64,000 nucleotides of DNA from an uncultured Bacteroidota bacterium. GTDB taxonomy: Bacteria; Bacteroidota; Bacteroidia; Bacteroidales; DTGW01. A program made the translations under genes and the position numbers. The notes under the pieces were generated by a model that saw only the letters and a list, made by a program, of their open reading frames with translations, had not been told where the DNA came from and made no database searches. Below are positions 43,773 through 53,462 of the stretch, piece after piece (the first letter of the stretch is position 1; the number at the start of each line of letters is the position of its first letter). Location: positions 229,186 to 293,185 of the forward strand of contig OY969556.1 of assembly GCA_963701015.1 (NCBI GenBank), written 5' to 3'.

Positions 43773-44366
43773 ATGAGAAAAATTATCGTATTAGAGTTTA
43801 TTTCGTTAGATGGAGTTATGCAAGCACCCGGTGAGCCAGAGGAAGATACATCAAACGGTTTCAAATATGGCGGTTGGTCAGCACCGTATTCTGACGAAGT
43901 TGGTGGTAAAGTAATGCAAAAACAGATGAAGCCTGCCGACCTTCTTTTAGGCAGGAAAACGTTTGATATTTTTGCTTCCTACTGGCCTAAACATGCTGAC
44001 TATTGGCCAGGTATCAATGATGTCACAAAATATGTCATGTCCAAGACTATGAAAAAGTCAGATTGGAAAAATACAGTTTTTCTCAAAAGCTTAGCAGATA
44101 TTAAAAAGCTCAAAAATTCAAAAGGTTCTGAGATTAAAGTTTGGGGCAGTAGTGAGCTTTCTCAGCTACTATTTAAGAATGATTTAGTGGACGAACTCTG
44201 GCTCAAAATTTATCCAGTGACACTTGGTAAAGGAAAAAAGTTGTTTGACAATGGAACTGTACCGGCAGCATTTACATTAACAGAGAGTTCGGTTACACCA
44301 ACAGGAGTGATTGTGGCAAATTACAAACGAGCAGGAGAAGTCAAGACAGGAACTATGGGAGCTTAG
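43773..44366 (+). CDS. Dihydrofolate reductase-like (RibD C-terminal) protein
   Basis: ISLDGVMQAPG, LLGRKT, WGS, LVDELWL..YPVTLGKG. Confidence 0.88.
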   Translation: MRKIIVLEFISLDGVMQAPGEPEEDTSNGFKYGGWSAPYSDEVGGKVMQKQMKPADLLLGRKTFDIFASYWPKHADYWPGINDVTKYVMSKTMKKSDWKNTVFLKSLADIKKLKNSKGSEIKVWGSSELSQLLFKNDLVDELWLKIYPVTLGKGKKLFDNGTVPAAFTLTESSVTPTGVIVANYKRAGEVKTGTMGA

Positions 44367-44483
44367 ACAATGACAAATATAGGAAAGCAACTCTTATCCC
44401 GACAGCTTCTCGCCAGACAGAAACAGGACAGCGACAACAACGAAAGACAAAACAACGAACCGCCAACAACACATTAAAACATT

Positions 44484-44873
44484 ATGGAAACTAAAGACGA
44501 TATAACACATTTTGCTCCAGAACTGCACATTCCTAACGGGACATTTAACATTGATTTTTACACAAAATTTGGTGCAACCGAACATTTTTGTTTACGGAAC
44601 GATGACGGGAGTATTCATGTTGCTGAATTAGAAATCAACGGTGGAATTTTTCATGTACACGAAACCATGCGTGATGCTCTTGAACCAATAAGTGCAAAAG
44701 GAGTGACTTGTGTTATAGGTTTGTTTGCTCCTAATGTTGACGACATAATGTATAAAGCTATTTTGGCAGGTGCAACAGAAATTAATCCTGCAACTGACCA
44801 CGATTATGGTTACCGACAAGGAATGTTCAAAGACCCATTTGGACATTATTGGCAAATACAAAAAAAAATCTAA
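44484..44873 (+). CDS. VOC/glyoxalase family protein
   Basis: HVAEL, YGYRQG..KDPFGHYW. Confidence 0.85.
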   Translation: METKDDITHFAPELHIPNGTFNIDFYTKFGATEHFCLRNDDGSIHVAELEINGGIFHVHETMRDALEPISAKGVTCVIGLFAPNVDDIMYKAILAGATEINPATDHDYGYRQGMFKDPFGHYWQIQKKI

Positions 44874-44895
44874 ATAGACTTACACAAAATACTAA

Positions 44896-44955
44896 TTGTA
44901 ACTTCGATTATATTATACGGGTTTCCTCTGCTAGTGCAAGCGTCCGCTTGTGTTA
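44896..44955 (+). repeat. Left arm of an attC-like site truncated by a REP-like hairpin
   Basis: TTGTAAC-ttcgattatattatACGGGtt, then cctctgctagtgcaagcgtccgcttgtgtta. Confidence 0.55.
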
Positions 44956-45073
44956 TTATTCCCAGGTGGGTTTTCTGGGAGAGGATCCGCTGAGATGCAC
45001 TTACTTGAATAGTGAGTTTAAACAATATTTATCTTGGAACTGTTTAAGTTTTAGTTACTTTAAATAGAAGAAC

Positions 45074-45490
45074 ATGTTAAATAGTATGCCATTTATTTTA
45101 TTCGATGGAAATTGTGCCGAAGCAATGTCGTTTTATCAAAAGTGCTTTGGTGGAGAGTTAACAATCATAAGACTTGGCGACACATTAATGAAAGACCAGA
45201 TTCCAAAGGAACAGCATCATAAGGTTACATATGCATATTTAAAAAGTGGTGTTATAGAATTATCTGCCACTGATTGGCTACATTCCACCAGAAAACCAAA
45301 GCAAGGAAACACAGTAGCAATATACATTACTGGTGATTCATATAATGAACTAAAAGACATTTTCAATAAGTTATCAGAAGGAGCTGACAAAGATTTACTA
45401 GATGAATTAAAAGATGTGCCATTTGGTATATATGGACATTTTGCTGATAAATATAGTGTTCATTGGTTCTTCAGGGGAGAGAAACGATAA
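45074..45490 (+). CDS. PhnB-like VOC family protein
   Basis: FDGNCAEAMSFYQKCFGG, PFGIYG..DKYSVHW. Confidence 0.85.
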   Translation: MLNSMPFILFDGNCAEAMSFYQKCFGGELTIIRLGDTLMKDQIPKEQHHKVTYAYLKSGVIELSATDWLHSTRKPKQGNTVAIYITGDSYNELKDIFNKLSEGADKDLLDELKDVPFGIYGHFADKYSVHWFFRGEKR

Positions 45491-45495
45491 TATGA

Positions 45496-45596
45496 ATAGC
45501 AGTTTGCGTAGTTCATTAAGTTTTTTTTATAATTGAGCAAATTAACTAATAATGCAAGTAAGTCCCGCATCAATGATTAGCTGGGAAACCTTGGCG
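45496..45596 (+). repeat. Right portion of an attC-like site
   Basis: tgcaagtaagtCCCGCA...attagctgggaaac-CTTGGCG; left arm missing. Confidence 0.6.
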
Positions 45597-45618
45597 GTAA
45601 TTTTAACGAAATTACAAT

Positions 45619-46212
45619 ATGAGAGTTGGTATATTGCTTTTTGAAGATTTTGAAACTTTAGATGTTTTTGGACCTGTTGAGATTCTCGGCAGACTTAAGG
45701 AACATTTTCAAATTGATTTTTATTCAGAATTGGGTGAGACCGTAAATAATTCTCATGGAGTTTCCATTGATACAAAAAAGCTTGAACTCATTTCTGAAGG
45801 TTTAGATATTTTCCTTATTCCTGGAGGATTGGGAACAAGAAAAGAGGTAAACAACAAATATCTTATTGATTTAATTAAGCAAATTGCAGGATTAAGCAAA
45901 TATGTTCTGACAGTTTGTACCGGGAGTGCATTGCTTGCAAAAACCGGACTATTAGACAATCGTATTGCCACATCTAATAAAAGAGCATTTGATTGGGTTA
46001 TTACAAATGGAGCAAAAGTTAAATGGATAAGAAAAGCGCGTTGGACAATTGACGATAAATTCTACACATCGTCCGGGGTAAGTGCTGGAATTGATATGAC
46101 CTTGGGATTTTTAGCAGATATACATGGACTTGAATTTGCCAGAAAAGTAGCTTTTCAAATAGAATATGACTGGCAGGAAGATAAAAGTGAAGATAAATTT
46201 AGCAAACAATAA
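45619..46212 (+). CDS. DJ-1/PfpI family protein
   Basis: LDVFGP, IPGG, VCTGS, TSSGVSAGID. Confidence 0.9.
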   Translation: MRVGILLFEDFETLDVFGPVEILGRLKEHFQIDFYSELGETVNNSHGVSIDTKKLELISEGLDIFLIPGGLGTRKEVNNKYLIDLIKQIAGLSKYVLTVCTGSALLAKTGLLDNRIATSNKRAFDWVITNGAKVKWIRKARWTIDDKFYTSSGVSAGIDMTLGFLADIHGLEFARKVAFQIEYDWQEDKSEDKFSKQ

Positions 46213-46215
46213 AAA

Positions 46216-46995
46216 ATGAGAAATCTATCTAATGTTGGTCGTATTTTTTATGGCATCTCTATTGTCGTAATAGGGTTGCTTACCATTTATTATCGTGATT
46301 ATCCTTATATGTTAATACCTCAAGAACATCTCTGGATTCCCAATCTTGTATTGTTCGCTTATATTTCCGGAGCTCTGCTTATTTTGGCCGGGGCTTGTAT
46401 TGTTTTTGAAATGAAAATAATTCCAATTTCGTTTGTTTTAGGAAGTGCGCTTCTATTGATATTTTGCTTTTACTTTATTCCATATCAATTTATGGTAAGC
46501 TCGAATTATTTGCATTTTGGTGACTGGGAGAATGCAGCAAAAGAATTAGCATTAGCTGGCGGTGCATTTGTAATTGCCGGCTGCTCCTTAGAAAAAAATA
46601 AAAATACGCTTATAGGGTTTTTGAATAAACTAATGCCTTTTGGATCTGTTTTATTTGCGATAACAATTCTCAGTTTTGGAATTGATCATTTTTTATATGC
46701 CAAAGAGGCATCAGATTATGTTCCATCATGGATACCCTACCATCTGTTCTGGATGTATTTTACCGGCACAGCGCTAATTGGTTCAAGCCTTGCGATTATT
46801 TTGAAAATAAAGGCAGGACTAGCTGCCACTCTTTTAGGTACAATGATTTTAACCTGGTTTATTATTCTTCATATACCCAGGGTGATTACTTCTCCGGTGA
46901 TTTATATTGGAAGTGAAGTTACCAGTGCATTTATAGCGCTTGCATATTGTGGAGTTGCCTTTGTTATTGCCGCAACAGATAAAAGACGACAATAA
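46216..46995 (+). CDS. DoxX-like membrane protein
   Basis: About eight TM segments in two repeats; FGIDHF, VPSWIPYHLFW. Confidence 0.7.
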   Translation: MRNLSNVGRIFYGISIVVIGLLTIYYRDYPYMLIPQEHLWIPNLVLFAYISGALLILAGACIVFEMKIIPISFVLGSALLLIFCFYFIPYQFMVSSNYLHFGDWENAAKELALAGGAFVIAGCSLEKNKNTLIGFLNKLMPFGSVLFAITILSFGIDHFLYAKEASDYVPSWIPYHLFWMYFTGTALIGSSLAIILKIKAGLAATLLGTMILTWFIILHIPRVITSPVIYIGSEVTSAFIALAYCGVAFVIAATDKRRQ

Positions 46996-47001
46996 AACTG
47001 T

Positions 47002-47132
47002 CTGTAACATTAGCGCATATAAAATAAGGGTTTCAGCGGGTTTGCAAGTTCAATGCTATCTAATTACATTTGTGTAGTTGGATTTATATTGCAAGTAAAT
47101 CCCGCAAGGCATTTTAGTCGCGAACGTTGGGC
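47002..47132 (+). repeat. attC-like site (complete)
   Basis: CTGTAAC ... CCCGCA ... cgaac-GTTGGGC (perfect GTTRRRY); 131 bp; starts 6 bp after a stop codon. Confidence 0.8.
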
Positions 47133-47173
47133 GTAATTGAAGAACTTATTGACAGTAAAGTAATTTTATAAGC

Positions 47174-47668
47174 ATGAAAAAGATAATGACTTTATTAGGA
47201 ATTGGACCAAAATTAGTTTTATTCACTTTATTATATTCATTTTTACTAGAAACAGAAATTGAACATTATCATTTTGACATTGCAATAAAGATAGTGCCAT
47301 ACAATTTTTTAGATATAATAGGATTATTATTAATTGTAATAGGATTATTGTTTTTAATTCCATCTTTTATAGCAATAAGTAAATTACGTAAAACGGATAG
47401 ATTATATACAAAAAGGATTTATTCAGTATGTCGTCATCCTTTATACGCAGCATGGATAGTTTTTATTGTTCCGGGAATAATTCTATTATTAAATTCATTA
47501 ATATTATTGACAATTCCATTGGCAATGTATTTTATATTTAGACTATTAATAAAAAATGAAGAGACTATTTTGCTAAATAAGTACAGTGACAAATATCGTG
47601 AATATAAAAATCAAGTAGGATTATTATTTCCTAAGTTTTGGAGATATAAAAATGACAAAGAACAATAG
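47174..47668 (+). CDS. Isoprenylcysteine carboxyl methyltransferase / PEMT family membrane protein
   Basis: IYSVCRHPLY, EE..L..KY...YREYK motifs. Confidence 0.85.
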   Translation: MKKIMTLLGIGPKLVLFTLLYSFLLETEIEHYHFDIAIKIVPYNFLDIIGLLLIVIGLLFLIPSFIAISKLRKTDRLYTKRIYSVCRHPLYAAWIVFIVPGIILLLNSLILLTIPLAMYFIFRLLIKNEETILLNKYSDKYREYKNQVGLLFPKFWRYKNDKEQ

Positions 47669-47683
47669 AATAAATCAACATAT

Positions 47684-48138
47684 GCTCAACTTAAGCTCAT
47701 GCAACACACTCCACCGTTAAGCGTAGTTTGCATCTACGCTTTTTTTATCCTTAGTTTTTAATTAGCGCCTGTCTTTAATATTAACAAACCCTGACAGGCT
47801 TATGCTTAATCAAAGTTCAACAATTATTGAATTCCCTTACAACAAGTTTTGTGAAAAACCCTGTCAGGGTTAATTATCAATGGCTACAGCCTGTTTTATA
47901 AATTAACCGTTATTTATAACCATTCTAAGACATTTATATCAAATAACTTTTTACTTTTAAGGTGAAAATCAGGGGAATTTGTGGGCAGGGTTATTTTAAT
48001 TGTAAAATGAAATGAATTTTATTTTATGACTGTAAAGAATTTATTGAACAAAATAAATAATGCGCCCTATAATGGCAATTATCTGTACATAATTGGAAAG
48101 ACAAGCGCTATGTCATGGTGTGTATTAATAAGTTGTGT
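47684..48138 (+). repeat. Long inter-cassette module, copy A
   Basis: GCTCAAC, REP-like hairpin, AACCCTGACAGG/CCTGTCAGGGTT IR (47787/47860), palindrome 48076-48095, GTTGTGT at 48132. Confidence 0.85.
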
Positions 48139-48159
48139 ACAATACAAATACAAATTAAA

Positions 48160-48726
48160 ATGAGATCGATAATAGTAACTTTAGTAATACTAATTTCTAT
48201 TAAATCATTTAATCAGGAAGGAAAAAAATATGAATATAAAGAAATTGACTGTAAAGATGAGCAAGGAAAGCAGTATGATTTTATTGAAACAAATTTTAAC
48301 GTTGATGGGAGTGTATTAAGTAAAAAAGACTTACATATTGTAAATTATAGAGGTGTAATAGATATTTACTTTTATGCAAAAAAATTTCATTCTTTATTAC
48401 TTCCAGATAAGTTAGTTGACAATAGATACCACAATGATACTATTTTGATCTGGAATTATAAAGGCGATAAAGCGCAAGAATCAAAAAAATCTTTTGCCTA
48501 TGATTCTCTTTCTAGGTTAGTATTGTTTTCTTATTCAGGATGCCAAGTTTGTTCTCAATCTAAATATGATTATAAATTAGAATATGACTTCAAAAATAGA
48601 CCTAAGAACATAATCAATTTAAATGGTAATGACAGATATGAGATAATTTATGACAAAAATGGAGAAGTTACAGAACTTAGAAGTTATTCCTTTAATAAGT
48701 TATATCAAAAAGTAAAATTGAAATAA
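48160..48726 (+). CDS. Hypothetical secreted protein
   Basis: Signal-like N-terminus from ATG 48160; YD-like motifs near the C-terminus. Confidence 0.65.
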   Translation: MRSIIVTLVILISIKSFNQEGKKYEYKEIDCKDEQGKQYDFIETNFNVDGSVLSKKDLHIVNYRGVIDIYFYAKKFHSLLLPDKLVDNRYHNDTILIWNYKGDKAQESKKSFAYDSLSRLVLFSYSGCQVCSQSKYDYKLEYDFKNRPKNIINLNGNDRYEIIYDKNGEVTELRSYSFNKLYQKVKLK

Positions 48727-48735
48727 AAGTACTGT

Positions 48736-48855
48736 GTACAACAACAACTCAAATTCCATGCGGGCTTCAGAATGTTTGCAAGTTCAGAGTTTTCTGTGCA
48801 ACTGGATTTATATTGCAATTAAAACCCGCGCACTAATTAGCCGTAAACGTTGGCG
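48736..48855 (+). repeat. attC-like site (complete, short internal deletion)
   Basis: GTACAAC...TGCGGG...CCCGCG...aattagccgtaaac-GTTGGCG; 120 bp. Confidence 0.8.
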
Positions 48856-48898
48856 GCCAGCAATAAGAACATTATTATTAACTAAATACTAATTTACT

Positions 48899-49771
48899 AT
48901 GAAAAAAATTTCGTTTATTTTCTTATCATGTATATGTACATGTTTGCTTTTTAGTCAAGAAAAAGAGATAAAAGTAAAGAAAGACATTGTTTATCTTGAT
49001 GGAACTCCAGTAGTTAAAATGATTGGGAAATGTGGCGTTTTTACTAGGCTTAATTACACATTCATATCCTTAAAGGGAGATACATTATTTACTATGAAAG
49101 ATAATTTTTATAAATATTCCAACCCTTATTATGGTACAACAACTTGGTTTGACATAAATTTTTTAAAATTAAAGAAGCAATTAATGTTAATCAGAGAACA
49201 TACACTTGTAAACGATAAGCAAGTTGTAAAATATGTATTACTAACATTAAATCCTTTTATTATAAAAGATGGGGAATTAGACACATCAGCAGTTGCCCAA
49301 GTAATACAAAAGCAAGATTATCGGAATACATTTATAGCTGATACGACCTATAAGTTAGGATTTGACAGAAAAAAGAATATGATATTAGACAAATCATATA
49401 TAAAAAGAGACATAAATAAACCCATAATTGTTGCAGATGCAACCATACATCCAGAATTAAAAGGATTTAATAATTATAAATTATATGAAATACAACAGGA
49501 TAAAGTTTTGATTGGATTAATAGTAGAAGTAAATGGAATGGAAACTACATCAAGAAAAATATCATATTACTTTTTACGAAAGTTAAATGAGCCAATGGAA
49601 TATCAAGGAGAGCATTATCCATTTGTAATGGTAGCATTAATAGATGATAGTTTTCAGGGATTTTTAGTTAGTACCTATAAAAAGGAATCTATGTTTTATA
49701 CTGCTCCACAAAACTCTACTAATAAATTTTTAGATTATGCAAAACATTTAGTAGATATTAAAGATTTGTAA
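48899..49771 (+). CDS. Hypothetical secreted protein
   Basis: Signal peptide; 290-aa ORF; flanked by GTTGGCGGCC and GGCCGCCAAC. Confidence 0.75.
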   Translation: MKKISFIFLSCICTCLLFSQEKEIKVKKDIVYLDGTPVVKMIGKCGVFTRLNYTFISLKGDTLFTMKDNFYKYSNPYYGTTTWFDINFLKLKKQLMLIREHTLVNDKQVVKYVLLTLNPFIIKDGELDTSAVAQVIQKQDYRNTFIADTTYKLGFDRKKNMILDKSYIKRDINKPIIVADATIHPELKGFNNYKLYEIQQDKVLIGLIVEVNGMETTSRKISYYFLRKLNEPMEYQGEHYPFVMVALIDDSFQGFLVSTYKKESMFYTAPQNSTNKFLDYAKHLVDIKDL

Positions 49772-49865
49772 TTTTATTAAAAACATTAATTAGCCGGCCG
49801 CCAACATTGGCACAAGCAACATGTACCCCACGCTAATCGTAATATATGAATAAATGAAAAGGTTA

Positions 49866-51693
49866 GAAGGTGTCTCAAAAGTCGAGGCACCTTTTTTTGT
49901 TAATAAAAAGTTCATAAAAAAGGCTCATTAATTTAATCATTTATCTTGTTTAGTTGTCTCATTATCAAAAGTATGAGACATGTATAACCAAAGATCAAAA
50001 GTAGTTTTTAAAGACTACAGTCCCAATCAAATCATGTTACTTCCCCCATCACTGGAGGAGTTCATAGATGCAAACCATCCAGTTCGGGTTGTAAACAAAG
50101 TCATTGACAGTATTAACGCTGATGCATTGCATAAACAATATAAAGGAGGTGGCACCTCAAGCTATCATCCTCGGATGTTGCTGAAGGTTCTTATATACAG
50201 TTACCTGAACAATGTATATAGTAGTCGTAAAATGGAAACAGCCTTAAAAGAGAACATTCATTTTATGTGGCTGAGTGCTATGAACCACCCTGATCATAAT
50301 ACACTTAATCGATTTAGAAGTGATAGGCTCAAAAATGTTTTAAAAGAAATATTTGCACAAGTAGTCATGTTATTAGTGGAATCGGGACATGTAAGCCTTC
50401 AGGAAATCTATGTTGATGGGACCAAAATAGAATCCAAGGCTAATCGTTATACTTTCGTTTGGGGCAATTCCATAAAGACCAATAAGGAGAAAATGGTGGC
50501 ACAACTAAAAGAGTTATGGGATTATACCCAATCGTTAGCCAAAGAGGAATTACAAGATACAGATAATGTTGACTTTACCCAAATAGATGCAGAAAAAGTA
50601 AAACGGACTATTAATCAAATAGATCAAGCATTATCTGATAAAAAGGTTGACAAGAAAGTAAGACAGAAATTAAATTACGCTCGCCAACATTGGCCACAAA
50701 ATCTCAACAAGTACAAGGAGCAAGAGCAGATATTAGGCAAACGGAACTCGTATAGTAAAACAGACCCTGGGGCAACCTTCATGCGAATGAAAGAAGATCA
50801 CATGAAAAACGGTCAGTTGAAACCAGGATATAATGTTCAGATAAGCACTAATAATCAATATATTGTAAACTATAGCCATCACCCCAATCCAACCGATACA
50901 ACCACATTAAGGCCTCATTTGGAACAGTTCCACACCCTGTATAACAATTATCCTAAAGTAGCTGTGGCAGATGCTGGTTATGGTTCAGAAGAAAATTACG
51001 CATTGTTAGAAAAGGCAAAAATAGACGCTTATATAAAGTTTAACTATTTTGACAAAGATCAACGCAAAATTAAGAACTCTCTCAATAGCAATTTATTCTA
51101 CAACTCTGAAAAGAACTGCTACTATTGTCCAATGGGTCAACCGATGAATTACATTGGCTCAATCAAACGAGTTACAGAAAACGGTTTTGAGCAACAAATA
51201 TCTCGTTACCAAGCTATTAATTGCAGTACATGCCCATTGCGTGGAGCTTGTCATAAAAGTAAGAAGAATAAAATAATAGAAATTAATCATAATCTAAACC
51301 GACTAAAGGCCCAAGCATCAGAACGCTTGAAGAGTGAGCAAGGGCTTTACTACCGAAGTAAAAGAGGGGTTGATGTTGAACCCGTTTTTGCCAATATCAA
51401 GTTTAATAAAGGATTTAAGCGTTTTGGACTTAAAGGAATGTTAAAAACAGAAATTGAAATGGGCTTACTAGCGTTGGCACACAATTTAGCAAAAAGAGCA
51501 GCATAGGCTGCTTTGCCATCCTCTTAGGAAGGCAACAAATGTCCTATATCGTAATTATTAAATTATTATCAAAAAAATCTAAATCGATCAAACAAAAAAA
51601 TAATCTACCATAAAACATTTTGATCAGTTCAAAAAAATTCTACGTTTTTTAACCAAAAAAAGACCATCTCATTTTTACTTTTGAGACGGCCTC
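49866..51693 (+). mobile_element. IS1182-family insertion sequence, copy 2 (1828 bp)
   Basis: Same ends and identical 508-aa transposase as copy 1. Confidence 0.92.
49980..51506 (+). CDS. IS1182-family DDE transposase
   Basis: Protein identical to that of 22468-23994. Confidence 0.93.
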   Translation: MYNQRSKVVFKDYSPNQIMLLPPSLEEFIDANHPVRVVNKVIDSINADALHKQYKGGGTSSYHPRMLLKVLIYSYLNNVYSSRKMETALKENIHFMWLSAMNHPDHNTLNRFRSDRLKNVLKEIFAQVVMLLVESGHVSLQEIYVDGTKIESKANRYTFVWGNSIKTNKEKMVAQLKELWDYTQSLAKEELQDTDNVDFTQIDAEKVKRTINQIDQALSDKKVDKKVRQKLNYARQHWPQNLNKYKEQEQILGKRNSYSKTDPGATFMRMKEDHMKNGQLKPGYNVQISTNNQYIVNYSHHPNPTDTTTLRPHLEQFHTLYNNYPKVAVADAGYGSEENYALLEKAKIDAYIKFNYFDKDQRKIKNSLNSNLFYNSEKNCYYCPMGQPMNYIGSIKRVTENGFEQQISRYQAINCSTCPLRGACHKSKKNKIIEINHNLNRLKAQASERLKSEQGLYYRSKRGVDVEPVFANIKFNKGFKRFGLKGMLKTEIEMGLLALAHNLAKRAA

Positions 51694-52105
51694 TTTTTTT
51701 ATCCTTAATTTTTAATTAGCGCATGTCTTTAATATTAACAAACCCTGACAGGCTTATGCTTAATCAAAGCTCAACAATTATTAAATTCCCTTACAATCTG
51801 TTTTGTAAAAAACCCTGTCAGGGTTATTTGTCAATAACTACAGCTTATTTTAAAAATTAACCGTTATTTATACCCATTCTAAGGCATTTATATCAAATAA
51901 CTTTTTACTTTTAAAGTGAAAATCAGGGGAATTTGTGGGCAGGGATATTTTAATTGTAAAATGAAATGAAAATTCACCCTATAATGGCAATTATCTGTAC
52001 ATAATTGGAAATAAAAACACCATGGCATTGTGCTTATATGCAAGTTTTACAAAATAAATCATTAGTCATATATTAAAATTTTAATTATTTTAACACAAAT
52101 TTATT

Positions 52106-52960
52106 ATGAAAAAAATTAGTTTATTTTTAACCTTTATTTTCTTATTTTCAATTGGTTTTTCACAACAAGACTCCCTCTTAAAAAGTAAAAGCGGTAAAAT
52201 AATTTTACCGCAACAAGGTGATTATGCTATTGGATTATCCGTTAATTCAATATTTAATTATTTAGGGAATATGTTTAGTAGTTCTGGGAATAATCAATTT
52301 AATATAAACCTTTTAAATGGGAATCAAATATTCGGAAAATATTTTCTTTCTAGTCAAAGTGCAATCCGTGTAAAATTTTCGATAAACAAAAATTCACAAA
52401 ATTATGAAAACAACGTAGTCGATGATTATAATAATAATAATATGGTAACAGATAAATTAAATTATACGAATACAAGTTTAGATATGACGGTTGGTTTTGA
52501 AAAACGCAAAGGATCAGGTCGCCTCCAGGTTTCATATGGCGCCGAATTTACTTTTGGATATTCTGGTTATGATAATAAATATACTTATGGTAATTCATTT
52601 TCATTCAATAATACCGTTCCTACTTCAACATTTAATTTCTATAACTATAATGGTAATAACACAAATAGTAATCGCACATCAAATCGTATTCTTGAAACTA
52701 AACAAGATAATGGAATAGGAATAGGGATTAGGGCTTTTACCGGCATTGAATATTTTATATTTCCCAAAATATCGGTAGGAGGTGAAATAGGACTAAGTTA
52801 TTTCAATGATTTTAATGGGAAGAGTTCAAATACTTATCAATATTGGGATTATGTGAATAACAATGTTTCAACTAACAACAATGAAATTAAAAATAATTCT
52901 TATAATATTAACACTGACATTTTGAATGGACAGGTTTTTTTACTATTTCATTTTAGATAA
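52106..52960 (+). CDS. Outer-membrane beta-barrel protein
   Basis: Signal peptide, alternating beta strands, GIEYFIFPKISVGGE, terminal FHFR. Confidence 0.75.
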   Translation: MKKISLFLTFIFLFSIGFSQQDSLLKSKSGKIILPQQGDYAIGLSVNSIFNYLGNMFSSSGNNQFNINLLNGNQIFGKYFLSSQSAIRVKFSINKNSQNYENNVVDDYNNNNMVTDKLNYTNTSLDMTVGFEKRKGSGRLQVSYGAEFTFGYSGYDNKYTYGNSFSFNNTVPTSTFNFYNYNGNNTNSNRTSNRILETKQDNGIGIGIRAFTGIEYFIFPKISVGGEIGLSYFNDFNGKSSNTYQYWDYVNNNVSTNNNEIKNNSYNINTDILNGQVFLLFHFR

Positions 52961-52973
52961 AATAAAAGCCAGC

Positions 52974-53382
52974 CTATAACATTAGCTCATACAACACACT
53001 CCCCCGCTATGCGTAGTTTGCATCTACGCTTTTTTTATCTTTAATTTTTAATTAGCGCATTTCTTTAATTTCAACAAACCCTGACAGGCTTATGCTTAAT
53101 CAAAGCTCAACAATTATTAAATTCCTTACAATCTGTTTTGTGAAAAGCCCTGTCAGGGTTATGTGTCAATAGCTACAGCCTGTTTTAAAAATTAACCGTT
53201 ATTTATACCCATTCTAAGGCAATTATATCAAATATCTTTTTACTTTTAAGGTGAAAATCAAGGGAATTTGTGGGTAGGGATAATTTAATTGTAAACTGAA
53301 ATAAAAAATTAAACCTATATTGGCAATTATCTGTACATAATTGGAAAGATAAATTTCATGTTATTTCGCATATAAGTTATTA
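52974..53382 (+). repeat. Long inter-cassette module, copy C
   Basis: CTATAAC, REP-like hairpin 53001-53031, CCCTGACAGG IR, palindrome 53324-53343, GTT at 53376. Confidence 0.85.
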
Positions 53383-53462
53383 GCAACAATTATAGCGTGA
53401 ATCGTAATTAATAATTATTTTGAACAAATATTTTTAATACGACAAATAAACAAAAATAAACT

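Larger units (their letters stand above)
49799..52050 (+). repeat. Long inter-cassette module, copy B, interrupted by IS1182
   Basis: Left arm 49799-~49840; conserved core resumes at 51694; palindrome 51988-52007; GTT at 52044. Confidence 0.8.

Noticed and set aside
24109-49865. Composite transposon or past inversion between the two inverted IS1182 copies
   Set aside because: No shared target duplication on outer or swapped flanks. The cassette array and module B continue in the same orientation on both sides of copy 2.
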